A DNA stretch of 63,621 nt, filler included, from Octopus bimaculoides (taxonomy: Eukaryota), in the NCBI RefSeq assembly GCF_001194135.2. It is 6 parts of 5 records of this genome, joined end to end, with 100 filler letters (N's around TTAATTAATTAA, not from the genome) between each part and the next. Parts side by side here need not be neighbours in the genome. Positions count along the whole stretch, not along the records: positions 28,619 to 51,164 come from NC_069000.1; 5 more parts are not named here. One strand, written 5' to 3'. Both the position numbers and the translations under genes were made by a program. Positions 29,175 to 42,984 of this stretch are shown here, one piece after another (the stretch's first letter is position 1; each line of letters begins with the position of its first letter). Below the pieces are notes generated by a model, which searched no databases, was not told the DNA's origin, and saw only the letters and a program-made list of their open reading frames with translations.

Positions 29175-29720
29175 ACATGTACCGAGATTAATAAAAGTCA
29201 AACATCCAATCAAGATCGTGTTGTTTGGAGTGATCGCTAGTAATGGCGACGTTATGCCTCCATTCATCTTCCCACACGGCCTCAGACTCAACACAGAGGC
29301 CTATATCAAGTGTCTGGAGGAGATAGTGCTACCCTGAGTGAAGAATGTGGCTGCTGGAAGACTCTACGTCTGGCAACAGGACTCTGCACCATGCCACACA
29401 AGCAGAGAAACCAAGTCATGGCTGTCAGACAATTTGTGTGACCACATCACCCTTAACATCTGGCCACCTAACTCCCCAGACTGCAACTCCCTTGATTATT
29501 ATGTGCGGGACGCAGTTGAACGAGAGACCAACAAAAACTCCTTGTAACTCCAAATATGAACTGAAGGCAAGGATTATGGCAACATTCACCAACTTAGACA
29601 AGGAGACTGTCCAGAAGAGTTGTAGGAGATTCCGAAATCGTCTGGAGGCCGTGGTTAAAGCCAATGGAGATTTTACTGAATAAATTTACTCTTTAATAAT
29701 TCAAGATATTTTAATATAAT
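29175..29720 (+). mobile_element. maT-type (DD37D) transposase 3' fragment
   Basis: KHP...FGVIASNGDVMPPFIFPHGLRLNTEAYIKCLEE, then QQDSAPCHT...WPPNSPDCNSLDYY with 37 residues between the aspartates; stop and frameshift present. Confidence 0.9.
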
Positions 29721-31479
29721 TTTGGTAAATGCCATACGTCATATATGTCACTTATATAAATGGCATATATGTGTATGTATGTATGTATATNNNNNNNNNN
29801 NNNNNNNNNNNNNNNNNNNNNNNNNNNNNNNNNNNNNNNNNNNNNNNNNNNNNNNNNNNNNNNNNNNNNNNNNNNNNNNNNNNNNNNNNNNNNNNNNNNN
29901 NNNNNNNNNNNNNNNNNNNNNNNNNNNNNNNNNNNNNNNNNNNNNNNNNNNNNNNNNNNNNNNNNNNNNNNNNNNNNNNNNNNNNNNNNNNNNNNNNNNN
30001 NNNNNNNNNNNNNNNNNNNNNNNNNNNNNNNNNNNNNNNNNNNNNNNNNNNNNNNNNNNNNNNNNNNNNNNNNNNNNNNNNNNNNNNNNNNNNNNNNNNN
30101 NNNNNNNNNNNNNNNNNNNNNNNNNNNNNNNNNNNNNNNNNNNNNNNNNNNNNNNNNNNNNNNNNNNNNNNNNNNNNNNNNNNNNNNNNNNNNNNNNNNN
30201 NNNNNNNNNNNNNNNNNNNNNNNNNNNNNNNNNNNNNNNNNNNNNNNNNNNNNNNNNNNNNNNNNNNNNNNNNNNNNNNNNNNNNNNNNNNNNNNNNNNN
30301 NNNNNNNNNNNNNNNNNNNNNNNNNNNNNNNNNNNNNNNNNNNNNNNNNNNNNNNNNNNNNNNNNNNNNNNNNNNNNNNNNNNNNNNNNNNNNNNNNNNN
30401 NNNNNNNNNNNTGTTAGCGTTCATTTGTGAATTTGTGGGTTCGATTTTGCCTGAGGCTAACTCATCATTTTACGGCCATTTGTTTGTACTTAAAAATTGC
30501 CGCTTCAAATCAGAGAATAAATATTATCATGATATATTATTATACAGTTATATATCTGTGTATGTGTGTATGTATATGTGTCATATATGTATATATAGGT
30601 AAATACATACATCGGTACCTACCTACCTACATACATATTCACACAGAAAGCACAAAAGCCAGTACTGCATGCAAAAGACATGTGTATTGATATCACGTCC
30701 AACAATTGTCTTCAATTACTCTAAGTGGTCGTGTGCTATGCCTAAGATTACCATTCTTATTCTTAAGCATATTTCCTCTATTTTCCTCCTCCCTTTTCCG
30801 TCCCCTTCCCAAACCACTTCAGCTGTCTGGTATTCTATAAAGTCAGTGTCACTGTTGCTCTGTAAGCTTATGTGGGAAGGTATTTGGCGACAGCATGCGG
30901 CTGTACTGTTTATTTATCTATTAAAGCTTTTCCTCCACACAGGAACGTTTGTGCAAACAAACACCGTCTCACATTTCGCACGTCCAGTACATTTGCCACC
31001 CACTTTCATATTGTTATGAAGCTTTAAGTTCACTTGACTGGTCCTTTCTAGGCAAATGAATTTACAATGTATGCAATGAGTAGAACGATGATGTTGTGAA
31101 CTGTGGTTTTACGTAGTGACTTGCAATGTCGAGATGAACACTTCGCTGAGAGACCATGTCGTTAAAAAAACTATGAGAGTGGCTTTTGAAATACATAAGA
31201 ATGTAGATTTTGTTAGATTCTTTTTTATTTTGGAACATTTACCAAATTGATAGTATGTGCTTTGTGTGTGTGTGTGTGTGTGTGTATGTGTGTGTGTGTG
31301 TGTAGGAAAGATACTGAGAAAAATATGAAAATGCGTCAGATTTTTATACACATATTTTTTTGTGTATTTAAAATAAGTTTAACTCTGTAACATAAGTAGA
31401 AAATAGTTTTTACGTTTACGTATTTGCTTTGCAAGATTCCAGATGAAAATAGTTTTATTCTATGAAGGCGCATCGTTCT

Positions 31480-31760
31480 GTGTTTAGAGCGTCGAGCTTA
31501 CAATCATGAAGTAGTGAGTTCGGTTCCCGGACCGGGCTAAGTGTTGTACTCTTGAGTACTTTATTTTTTACTCGCTCCAGTTCACTCATCTGTAGAAATG
31601 AGTTGCAACATCACTGGTGCCAAGCTGTATCGGTCTTTGCCTTTCCCTTGGATAACATCGGTGGCGTGGAGAGGGGCTGATGGTCTTACATAAACACACC
31701 TTACCCGGACTTGTATCACGGAGGGGAACTTTCTAGGTGCAATCCCATGGTCATTGCATT
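31480..31760 (+). mobile_element. tRNA-headed SINE, family D
   Basis: gtgagttcggttccc B-box, gctccagttcactca.ctgtagaaatgagttgc, ctttgcctttcccttggataac; homologous to 41196-41500. Confidence 0.8.
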
Positions 31761-32394
31761 GTACGCCTGTGCGCCTGTCAAATATAAACATCAAGTAAAC
31801 ATTACGTTTTGGCTGACAATTTTTGTTTTAATTTCTCATGCAGAAATTATTTGTAGCCCCAAATGAAAAAAAAACCCCACAGAACTAGAAGAAGAACTAA
31901 TGTATATTATCAAATTTGTGTTTGTAATACCGGTCGTAATATTGAGTACCCGATCAGGAGGGTTTAACAACAAAGACAAGCATAATTAGTTTTTAGTATA
32001 TCAGCGCACTAATCATTGTCTTTAGAAAAAAAACTCTTCAAAAGCATTCTGAGATTCCTGATAAACCGTTGCTAACTGCTGTCAGAGATAAGGAGACGAG
32101 ACAGAGCTGCACCAATTAAAGGGTCTGTGAGGAACAGTTGCTAACTGTTGTCAGATTTGGAGAAGCGATACCGACCTGCTTTAATTCTACAATATATATA
32201 TTGGCAACATTTCAACTCATGAAATACGATGCGATTTTAAGAGTAGCAGTGATAACCTTGTCTTTCTTCGTCATAAAATTTAGTCTTTAATGCGTCTAAC
32301 TAAGTGCATGTGTTAATTACGTAGACAGCTTGAAGACCATTGCAAAAGTCTGTATATGAATATATTAGGGGATACATATCCACTCTCACACATG

Positions 32395-32548
32395 TATTTC
32401 ATTACTGAGTTTTATTTCAAGGTATCTTGCCAACAGAGAAAGAGCCGGTTTCTAATCTAAATCCAATTTCAACATCAACAGGGTATTTTTGCATACATGT
32501 GCAGTATTTGGAGATATTGCATGTGCAGATTTGCATTTTTTTGCTTTG

Positions 32549-32604
<56 letters not shown>

Positions 32605-32860
32605 TTACTCAGTTTTATTTCAAGATATTTTTGTCAATTGAGAGAAAATCAATTTCTAACTTAGATCCAAGGCTCCGTCACTGGAGTTTCCCCACCATCA
32701 ACAGGGTACTTTTGCATGTATGTGGGTATGTGTGCAGTATCTAGAGTCAGTACATGTGCAGATTTATATGTTTGCATTCATGTATGTATATCATTATTAA
32801 GTTTCATTTCAAGATTGCTTGTCAACTGAGAAAGAACCGGCTTCTAACCTAAATCCAAGG

Positions 32861-32875
<15 letters not shown>
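32395..32875 (+). repeat. Three successive copies of a ~200-bp unit
   Basis: cattactgagttttatttcaag...gagaaagagccggtttctaa.cta.atcca recurs at about 32400, 32602 and 32792. Confidence 0.75.
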
Positions 32876-32911
<36 letters not shown>

Positions 32912-32964
32912 AATCAATCTATCTATCTATCTATNNNNNNNNNNCTATATATATACATATACAT

Positions 32965-33000
<36 letters not shown>

Positions 33001-33633
33001 TATATTCTTTTATTTGTTTGTCATTTGACTACGGTCATTCTGGAGCACCGTCTTTAGTCGAGCAAATCGACCCAGGACTTATGTACGTGTGTACATGTGC
33101 AGTCTTTGGAGTGAGTGCATGTGCAGATTTCTATGTTTTGTTTTGTGCATGTATTCCCATGCATATAGCTGCATGTCTATACATGTGCAGACATACATAA
33201 ATGATAAAGTTCTGGAAAGTTTTACAAATTTTTACAGTTTGGATCTGTAGACTTCTCCTTTCTGGTTTTGAGAAGCCTAATTCCTCAAGATTGATAGAAT
33301 AACTGCTCGGTTTACAAAGAATAAGTCTGGGATCGATTTGCTCGACTACCTAATTCATATACTAGGAAACCCCAAAATGGCAGAAATTCAAAAGATAGTG
33401 CTCATGGGAACTGCCCATATCCTACATAAAATACTGTCTATGTAATTTCAAATTTTCAAACAAACAATTCTCTTACGGTTTCTTAAACATTCTCCAGAAC
33501 ACTACTATATGCAAAACCAAATATATGGCCCTCTAGGCATAACACCAACATGAACTTCTAACGTTTTGTCTCTTGAAGCCCCTGGGTGAGGCTTGGAGCC
33601 AACTTGTACAAATGCAAAGCAAAAGTCAAACAA

Positions 33634-33717
<84 letters not shown>

Positions 33718-34055
33718 CCTTTCTACTACAGGCACGAAGCCTGATATTTGTGGATGGGGGATAAGTTGATTACATCGACCCCAGTGCGTAATTGGCACTC
33801 ATTTTATCGACCCCGAGAGGATGAAAGGCAAGAAGAAGAAGAAGAACAACAACAACAACAACAACAACAATAATAATAATAATAATAATAATAATGATAA
33901 TAATAATAATAATTCTATTAATTAAAACTATAATTTTTCACATTTCACTCTGGTTAATCAAACTGCATAATAACGATTGCGCCCATCGAAATTATGTGTT
34001 TCCAATTAACTTACTAAATTAACCTAATTAATTATTTCCTTTTCTTATTCTTCAG

Positions 34056-34088
34056 GCAGCAAGTTCAGCAAAGACCCACGGAAAGCCG
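34056..34088 (+). CDS. Probable 33-nt symmetric micro-exon (CUB1-CUB2 linker), (x)SKFSKDPRKA
   Basis: Branch-point-like cctaat, pyrimidine tract ttccttttcttattcttcag, donor G/GTAAGT. Phase 1-1; its final G completes GTC (Val) with the first two bases of exon 43759, in frame and without stops. Confidence 0.55.
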
Positions 34089-34420
34089 GTAAGTAGATTT
34101 CATTAACAGATTTCTCGAAAAAATCATGAGTTGGATCCGCTGAATAGATAGAGTATCACAACTGGGTCCGAGAGATCGAGAGTTCGTATTCGCTCACTGG
34201 CACACAANNNNNNNNNNGGGGAAGATGATTACATCGACCCTAGTATTCGCTGTGAAGCGAATTTCATATTTGCGCACAAGTGTTTATGCGCATATACATG
34301 TATGTATGTATGTATGTATGTATGTATATAAGCGCTGGGGGTGATGTAATAGACTTATACTTTCCCACGCTTTGTGCCCAAATTTGAAACCATTATTATA
34401 ATTATCTGTAGTAGTAGTAA

Positions 34421-34463
<43 letters not shown>

Positions 34464-35421
34464 TGTAGTAATAGCGCTCCATGTGGCAAGAAGAGTGAAT
34501 TGTAACAGAATGGAAATAAAAACCTATATCTTTTCGAATATCTCATTCAAAGAACTTGTTCTCGACCGTATCTGGAAATCGCTTCCAAATAGCAAAAGAA
34601 AGAGAAATGAAAAACGGTTTATCATGTGCAGACATTTTAAAACATTCATTTTTCTGTTTACATTCAACCTTAAAACACNNNNNNNNNNNNNNNNNNNNNN
34701 NNNNNNNNNNNNNNNNNNNNNNNNNNNNNNNNNNNNNNNNNNNNNNNNNNNNNNNNNNNNNNNNNNNNNNNNNNNNNNNNNNNNNNNNNNNNNNNNNNNN
34801 NNNNNNNNNNNNNNNNNNNNNNNNNNNNNNNNNNNNNNNNNNNNNNNNNNNNNNNNNNNNNNNNNNNNNNNNNNNNNNNNNNNNNNNNNNNNNNNNNNNN
34901 NNNNNNNNNNNNNNNNNNNNNNNNNNNNNNNNNNNNNNNNNNNNNNNNNNNNNNNNNNNNNNNNNNNNNNNNNNNNNNNNNNNNNNNNNNNNNNNNNNNN
35001 NNNNNNNNNNNNNNNNNNNNNNNNNNNNNNNNNNNNNNNNNNNNNNNNNNNNNNNNNNNNNNNNNNNNNNNNNNNNNNNNNNNNNNNNNNNNNNNNNNNN
35101 NNNNNNNNNNNNNNNNNNNNNNNNNNNNNNNNNNNNNNNNNNNNNNNNNNNNNNNNNNNNNNNNNNNNNNNNNNNNNNNNNNNNNNNNNNNNNNNNNNNN
35201 NNNNNNNNNNNNNNNNNNNNNNNNNNNNNNNNNNNNNNNNNNNNNNNNNNNNNNNNNNNNNNNNNNNNNNNNNNNNNNNNNNNNNNNNNNNNNNNNNNNN
35301 NNNNNNNNNNNNNNNNNNNNNNNNNNNNNNNNNNNNNNNNNNNNNNNNNNNNNNNNNNNNNNNNNNNNNNNNNNNNNNNNNNNNNNNNNNNNNNNNNNNN
35401 NNNNNNNNNNNNNNNNNNNNN

Positions 35422-35810
35422 ACCAGTTGCATACTGGGGTCGATCTCATCGACTGGCCCCCTCTCCAAAAACTTCGGGCCTTGTGCCTAGAGGAGAAAAG
35501 GCGACAAGCTGACGGTATCGTGAGCATGCCGGGCAAAATACAATCATGTTTTCAGGGTTGATAAAATAAGTACCAGTCAAACACTGGGGTCAATGGAATC
35601 GACTAACCCTTCAACCCAAATCTCAGGCCCTATGCCTGTTGTAGAAAGAAATATTATGATCGCATTTAAGAGGTGGCAAACTGGCAGAGTCGTTAACGCG
35701 CCGGGCAAAATGCTTCAGGGGCGATAAAATAAGTACCAAGTGAGTGCTGGGATCTAAGTAGTTGACTTAACCCCTACCCTGAGTTTGCTGGCTTTGTGTC
35801 AAAATTATTT
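35422..35810 (+). mobile_element. Cluster of three partial SINE family C copies
   Basis: Repeated gataaaataagtaccag..actggggtc..atcgact..cccct segments. Confidence 0.75.
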
Positions 35811-35904
35811 GTCTATGTTATTTTTGTATGTCCCCACTTACTGCCCCCTCTAGTTACGCTCGTGTATATATTTTAGATATCTCACTGTTACAGACACTGA
35901 TATA

Positions 35905-36060
35905 GGCGCAGGCGTGACTGTGTGGTAAGAAACTTGCTTTCCGACTGCATGGTTCCAGGTTCAGTGCCACTGCGTGGCACCTCGGGCAAATGTCTTATAC
36001 TATAGCCCTAGGCTGACCAAAGCCTTGTGAGTAGATTTGGTAGACGGAAACTGAAAGAAG

Positions 36061-36091
<31 letters not shown>

Positions 36092-36170
36092 ATTATATAT
36101 GTGTGTGTGTGTGCGCGTGTGTGTGTGTGTGTGTGCGTGTGTATGCGTGTGTGTGTGTGTGTGTGTATTA
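35905..36170 (+). mobile_element. SINE family AB, head plus internal microsatellite (runs into a gap)
   Basis: ggcgcaggcgtgactgtgtggtaag (A box), ggttcagtgccac (B box), caaagccttgtgagtagatttggtagacggaaactgaaagaagcc. Confidence 0.85.
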
Positions 36171-37077
36171 ACACANNNNNNNNNNNNNNNNNNNNNNNNN
36201 NNNNNNNNNNNNNNNNNNNNNNNNNNNNNNNNNNNNNNNNNNNNNNNNNNNNNNNNNNNNNNNNNNNNNNNNNNNNNNNNNNNNNNNNNNNNNNNNNNNN
36301 NNNNNNNNNNNNNNNNNNNNNNNNNNNNNNNNNNNNNNNNNNNNNNNNNNNNNNNNNNNNNNNNNNNNNNNNNNNNNNNNNNNNNNNNNNNNNNNNNNNN
36401 NNNNNNNNNNNNNNNNNNNNNNNNNNNNNNNNNNNNNNNNNNNNNNNNNNNNNNNNNNNNNNNNNNNNNNNNNNNNNNNNNNNNNNNNNNNNNNNNNNNN
36501 NNNNNNNNNNNNNNNNNNNNNNNNNNNNNNNNNNNNNNNNNNNNNNNNNNNNNNNNNNNNNNNNNNNNNNNNNNNNNNNNNNNNNNNNNNNNNNNNNNNN
36601 NNNNNNNNNNNNNNNNNNNNNNNNNNNNNNNNNNNNNNNNNNNNNNNNNNNNNNNNNNNNNNNNNNNNNNNNNNNNNNNNNNNNNNNNNNNNNNNNNNNN
36701 NNNNNNNNNNNNNNNNNNNNNNNNNNNNNNNNNNNNNNNNNNNNNNNNNNNNNNNNNNNNNNNNNNNNNNNNNNNNNNNNNNNNNNNNNNNNNNNNNNNN
36801 NNNNNNNNNNNNNNNNNNNNNNNNNNNNNNNNNNNNNNNNNNNNNNNNNNNNNNNNNNNNNNNNNNNNNNNNNNNNNNNNNNNNNNNNNNNNNNNNNNNN
36901 NNNNNNNNNNNNNNNNNNNNNNNNNNNNNNNNNNNNNNNNNNNNNNNNNNNNNNNNNNNATATAAATGTACACACACACATTGAATCAGGTACAGAGATA
37001 GTCATACACAAACAATGTTGCTCTTGCAAACACACAAAAGCACACGCACACAGATACATACATTATATATATCGTGG

Positions 37078-37325
37078 CACTCCGTCGGTTACGATGACGC
37101 GGGTTCCTGTTGATCTGATCAACGGAACAGCCGGCACGTAAAATTTATGTGCATGTGGCTGAACACTCCACGAAGACGCGTTTCTTTAACGTAGTTCTCT
37201 GGGAGGTTCAGGATTTTTGCGAGCAAGGTGAAGTAAAATGAGTTGTTCAAGGATACAATGAGCTGCCGGGACTCGAACTTACGACCTTACAACCGTGAGA
37301 AGAATACCCTAACCACTAAGCCACG
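37078..37325 (-). mobile_element. SINE family E
   Basis: gatctgatcaacggaacagcc...gtggctgaacactccac; homologous to 55505-55848. Confidence 0.75.
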
Positions 37326-37829
37326 CACTTTTTACAGATTCCTACATACATACACACAATACATACATACACACACATGCATCCATACATACATGCATTC
37401 ATACACATTCACAGATACAAGTCACACAATAACAAAATGCGCTTGCGTAAACACATGCAAAAACAAAATTCACATAACATTTGCGCTTACACACACACAC
37501 ATGTATACACACACACACATACACACACACACACACGCACACTAGGAAACATATGTACAAATACGCAGACACACACACACACACATACATACACACGCAC
37601 GCATAAACACCACACTCCTACATACAAACAACGATAGATATACACGCATGTAAAGACTCTAAGCACACATAAACGCTGACTCACACGTTGACTCTATAAA
37701 TGCGTTACACTCCCAACCCCTCCACCACCACCACCAAACATAGTTCGATAGATAGAAATCGAACCAGCTTCGCCAGATTGGCTCGTTAGAATGTTATCGG
37801 TGTTCTTAGTCTCCTCTAACTTTCTTCCT

Positions 37830-38075
37830 TTGTTTCATTCTTTTCTTCTCTCTTTCACTTTCTCCCAGCTCTTCCCCCGGCACTCTCCCACCTTTTTCTC
37901 GCTTTGCTTTCTTTCTCTCTCTCTCTTTCGTTCTCTCTTTCTCTCATCGTCTCCTCCCATCTCTCTTTCTCTCTCTCTTTTCTCCGTTTTCCTCTCACCT
38001 CTCTCTCGTTCTCTCTCTCTTTCTCGTTCTCTCTCTCTCTCTCTAGTTCTCTCTCTTTCTCTCTCTCTCTCTCGT

Positions 38076-38109
<34 letters not shown>

Positions 38110-38642
38110 GTTCTCTCTCTCTCTCTCTGTCGCTCTTCTGCCAACCTCTCTCTCTCTCTCTCTCTCTCTCGTCTTCTTCATTGTCTCCCGTCGTATCTCT
38201 CTTTCTCTTTCTTTCTCTCTTCCTTTCTCTCTTATTTTTCTCTCTCCCTCTCCCTCTCCTATCCCTCTTTCTCTCTCTGTTCTCTCTCTTTCTCTCTGTT
38301 CTCTCCCTTTCTCCCTTTCTCAGTCTTTCTCTTCCTTCCCCCTATTGTCTCTATTTGAATCTCTTTGCCACCTCCTTTTCTTTCTCCCATCTTTCACTTT
38401 TCCTCTTTCTCTCTCTCTCTCTCTCTCTCTCACNNNNNNNNNNNNNNNNNNNNNNNNNNNNNNNNNNNNNNNNNNNNNNNNNNNNNNNNNNNNNNNNNNN
38501 NNNNNNNNNNNNNNNNNNNNNNNNNNNNNNNNNNNNNNNNNNNNNNNNNNNNNNNNNNNNNNNNNNNNNNNNNNNNNNNNNNNNNNNNNNNNNNNNNNNN
38601 NNNNNNNNNNNNNNNNNNNNNNNNNNNNNNNNNNNNNNNNNN

Positions 38643-38676
<34 letters not shown>

Positions 38677-38700
38677 TCCCTCTCTCCCTCTCTCAAATAA
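37830..38700. repeat. (CT)n-rich pyrimidine tract with gap
   Basis: Direct reading; source of the spurious L/S and R/E ORFs. Confidence 0.95.
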
Positions 38701-39151
38701 CCCTTATAGGTCGCTCTCAATGAAACTGCTTTGAATCAGTCCAGGTATTTCAACACATGCTCTGATTTAGTTCCTGATATCAATACAATCTCTAACTTCC
38801 TTTTTAAACTATCTCTTCTTTCTCTTTTTTCTTTAATTCTGGCTGTTTTCACTGATTTATGAACCCTACTCCCCAACTCATTCACTTTTTTCTTAGCTTT
38901 CTTTCTTTCATGCTTCCTGTTTATAAATTATCCTTCTCTATCTCTCTCTATCTCTCTCTATCAATCTACCAATCTATCGTTTCATTTTCTCTCCCGTTCG
39001 CTCTGCGCTTCATATTTTATGCAAAAGAGGCGTCCCCGCCTAATTAGTAGGTCGTTAGCTTCTACTTATCTCCCTTTTCCTTTCCCATTTCTCTAATTCT
39101 TTTCCTCCTCCTCCTCTTTATAACTACTTCTCACTCTCTCCCTCAACTTCT

Positions 39152-39186
<35 letters not shown>

Positions 39187-39279
39187 AGGTCATGAAGCGT
39201 TTGAATAAACAGTTAAACAGGTAGGCACCATCATTTCCGTTCCAGGCAAATTTAGAATAAGTTTATTACTAATATAAAT

Positions 39280-39500
39280 AAAGTTAGGAAAGCGAGCTGT
39301 CAGAATCGTTAACGCGTCGGTCGAACTGTTTGGCGGTAATTTTACCGGCACTTTACGTTCTGGGTTCAAATTCCGCTCAGTTCGATTTTTGCCTTTCATC
39401 CTTCCAGGGGCGAAAAAAAAAACAGGTACCAGTTCAGTACTGGAACCAATGAAATCGACTAGCTCCTTCGATGAAATCTCAGACTTTTTGCTTATGGTAA
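39280..39500 (+). mobile_element. SINE family C
   Basis: gcgagctgtcagaatcgttaacg..gggttcaaattccgc..tttgcctttcatccttccagggg. Confidence 0.75.
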
Positions 39501-41195
39501 AAAANNNNNNNNNNNNNNNNNNNNNNNNNNNNNNNNNNNNNNNNNNNNNNNNNNNNNNNNNNNNNNNNNNNNNNNNNNNNNNNNNNNNNNNNNNNNNNNN
39601 NNNNNNNNNNNNNNNNNNNNNNNNNNNNNNNNNNNNNNNNNNNNNNNNNNNNNNNNNNNNNNNNNNNNNNNNNNNNNNNNNNNNNNNNNNNNNNNNNNNN
39701 NNNNNNNNNNNNNNNNNNNNNNNNNNNNNNNNNNNNNNNNNNNNNNNNNNNNNNNNNNNNNNNNNNNNNNNNNNNNNNNNNNNNNNNNNNNNNNNNNNNN
39801 NNNNNNNNNNNNNNNNNNNNNNNNNNNNNNNNNNNNNNNNNNNNNNNNNNNNNNNNNNNNNNNNNNNNNNNNNNNNNNNNNNNNNNNNNNNNNNNNNNNN
39901 NNNNNNNNNNNNNNNNNNNNNNNNNNNNNNNNNNNNNNNNNNNNNNNNNNNNNNNNNNNNNNNNNNNNNNNNNNNNNNNNNNNNNNNNNNNNNNNNNNNN
40001 NNNNNNNNNNNNNNNNNNNNNNNNNNNNNNNNNNNNNNNNNNNNNNNNNNNNNNNNNNNNNNNNNNNNNNNNNNNNNNNNNNNNNNNNNNNNNNNNNNNN
40101 NNNNAGTGAAGCGTCTTTAATCTGAAGCATCTTCGTTTCTGTTACGTCACTTCCATGAAATATTTAATATCAACAGTATAACATGTATTTTTCGTGTGTC
40201 TTCTTTCAGTTTGCTCGTAAACCCTAGGAAGATCAAAGGAAACCTAAAGAAGCGGCAGTTTAATAATTCGTTCTATATCTGTCTGTATGCGACCAAGAAC
40301 TAAAAAACAGAAATCCAGTGGGGCTTTTCGTAGATCCCTTTAGCATCTCTTGCGCAAAATAGTACAGATGTTGTTGAGTGTAAGGTAAAAAAAGAAGACA
40401 ACATTTTTGTGCTGTAATTATCTGTAGTTCACCACCAGCATCTTCAATTACAATATTATCTGTGTGTGTGTGTGCGTACATGAAAGGAAGATAGGGCAAG
40501 AGAGAGAGAGAGAGAGAGAGAGAGACAGTGAGAGATGGAGTGTATGTGTGTGTGTGTACGTGAAACGGTGTGTATATGTGTGAAGGTGTGTACATTATAC
40601 GAAAAACACTCGCTTTTAATTTGGTATTAGTTTCTATCGACCTATCAATTACTTCAACGTTATCGGTCGTAGCATTCCACTAATTAACGAACGTTTTTTA
40701 ACGAAATTTTAAAAAACTTAATGAAATATATTTCAGACTCTTTTTTTCCCAAAGTTCCGCATTATTTACAAAAGCCTGTCTTACTTCCGGGGATATAATA
40801 TTTCTCTCATAAGCTCTCTACTTGACCTTTATTCTGTGTGAGATACCATCTGTTCATGGCAATGTTTTTGGGTGGTTACACTTTCACTGCATTTTGTATT
40901 CCCAATTAAACAGAACGTGGAGTTGAACTGAATCTCTTTGTGCGAACACTTGGAAAGCAAGACTAAAGTTACCAGTAACCAGCGTACACCAGAAATACTT
41001 AACAGCATTTATTTAGGTCCTATAAGTCCAAATGCCGTCGAGGTCGACTCTGCATTTCGTCCTTTTGGGGTTCACAAAATAAGAGAGCTGCGGTCGATAT
41101 AATCAATCAAACAGAAAGAGCATATCCATGTCTTATATGTGAATTTTCCGTTTGTTATTGTGCCGTCTTTCAGTTCAGTTTTATAATCTTATATA

Positions 41196-41500
41196 TGGCT
41201 CAGTGGTTAGCGAATCGGGCTCACAATTACGAGGTAGTGAGTTCGATTCCCGTGTATGTTGTGTATGAGCAAGACACTTTATTTCACGTTGCCCCTGTTC
41301 ACTCAGCTGTAGGAAGTGAGTTGCGATGTCATTGGTGCTTAGTTGTATCGGCCTTTTGCCTTTCCCTTGGACAACACCGGTGGCGGGGAGAGGGGAGGTT
41401 GGTATGCATGGGTGACTGCTGGTCTTCCATAAACAACCTTGCCCGGACTTGTGCCTCGGAGGGAAACTGTCTAGGTGCAATCCCACGATCATCCATGACC
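41196..41500 (+). mobile_element. SINE family D, near full length
   Basis: tggctcagtggttag (A box), gagttcgattccc (B box), conserved body ending ctaggtgcaatccca. Confidence 0.85.
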
Positions 41501-41929
41501 TAGTGGAGTCTTTACCCATTTGGCAATTCAAAGTCTTATAGACCACAAGATACAAGATGGGTAGATATTCTTAATTCAGAATTGAATTTATCCATCCCTT
41601 TGCTTGATCTGTGCCATATTTTATCGACCACGAATAAAAAAAAGAAAAAAAGAAAATGAAAGGCAAATTTGTCCTTGCCAGGATTTGGGTACAAATGGTA
41701 AAAGGCCAGTAACATTTTGTCCGACGCTCTACCTAATCTGCTTGTAGGCTTTTTGTTGGCAAAACCAAAATATGGAATCACAATTACGACTAAAAATATT
41801 TTATAGAACCGAAGGGATGAAAGCAAAATCGGCTCTGGTGAGATTTGAGCCCAAACTTGTAACAAAACATAACTCTTTTAGTCAGGTGGCACCACTCCTA
41901 TTTGTATTTGTTTTTACTATAGACACGTG

Positions 41930-42345
41930 ACCAATAATTTCAGGGGAGGTGGCTAGTCGACTACATTGAACTCCACCCCCGGGCTCAACTGCTTCTTATT
42001 TTATTGCCTCTGAAAGGATGAAAGGCAAAGTCGACCTGGGTGGAATCTGAACTCAGGACTCAGTCTGGCCGGTGGTGCTAACGATTCTTCCAGCTCGCTG
42101 TTTTACTTATTATTTTCTACTCTAGGCACAAGGCCCGAAATTTTTCGGGAGGGGTCCGGTCGATTAGATCGACCCAGTATGCAACTGGTACTTAATTTAT
42201 CGACCTCGAAAGGAAATTGAACTCGAAAGGAATTTGAAAGGCAAAGTCGACCTCGGCGGAATTTGAACTCAGAAAGTAGCAGCAGACGAAATACCGCTAA
42301 GCATTTCGCCCGGTGTGCTAATGTTTCTGACAGCCCGTCACCTTA
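41930..42345 (-). mobile_element. Two tandem SINE family C copies
   Basis: ggatgaaaggcaaagtcgacc..ggaat.tgaactcag appears twice; heads at about 42100 and 42345. Confidence 0.85.
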
Positions 42346-42544
42346 CACCAGTTATTTAGTGGAACCAAACTAACTTTTTTTTTTGTGCCAGAACTATTTT
42401 TTAGAAGGCTATTAGCCCTTTGAAAGCGGAAAGCGGATATATTCGCTCGAAATTTTATTGCCGTTAATTGCAGAAGGTAGTTAATGGCGTATATGTGACT
42501 AAGATTAAAACACTCGCCATCCACCCGGAAACGTGAAGCCGATC

Positions 42545-42720
42545 CGTCGAAGGACTAACTTCCCAGCTTATTGCTAGGACTCATTTTAGCCAGTTGAGTG
42601 GACTGGAGCAACGGGACATGAAGTGTTTTGCTCAAGAACAAAAAACACTGGTGCTGGAATCGAAACCACGATTTTACGATTGTAAGTGCAACATTATAAC
42701 CGCTAGGCCTAGTGCCATTC
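42545..42720 (-). mobile_element. SINE family D-related copy
   Basis: agttgagtggactggagcaacg..tgaagtgttttgctcaagaaca...ggaatcgaaacc; homologous to 44100-44280. Confidence 0.7.
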
Positions 42721-42984
42721 TATTATCCTGCTTATAGAGGTGGTGCTGGTGCTGGTGGCAAGGAATGGAGACGATGATGCTCACAACTTTACATTTTTTC
42801 TCTAAAATATCAGCATCCTATAAACATCTGTTTTAAACTTTAAACAGAAAGCACTCGCGTTGCAGATTTCAAAATATTGTATAAAGTTGCGTGCGTAGGA
42901 GGCGGGGATTGTATAGGAGTGATTACATATCTGGTCCCAGTGTTTGTGTATCTGTCAGCTGTGAAAACACGTGGATTAGAGGTT

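Noticed and set aside
34483-37141. Long ORFs of 200-350 aa in the supplied track (also at 6688, 22279, 29711, 39389 and 53993)
   Set aside because: They are mostly X residues from N-gaps, plus microsatellite translations.
37791-38734. 310-aa L/S-rich ORF
   Set aside because: Translation of (CT)n low-complexity DNA.
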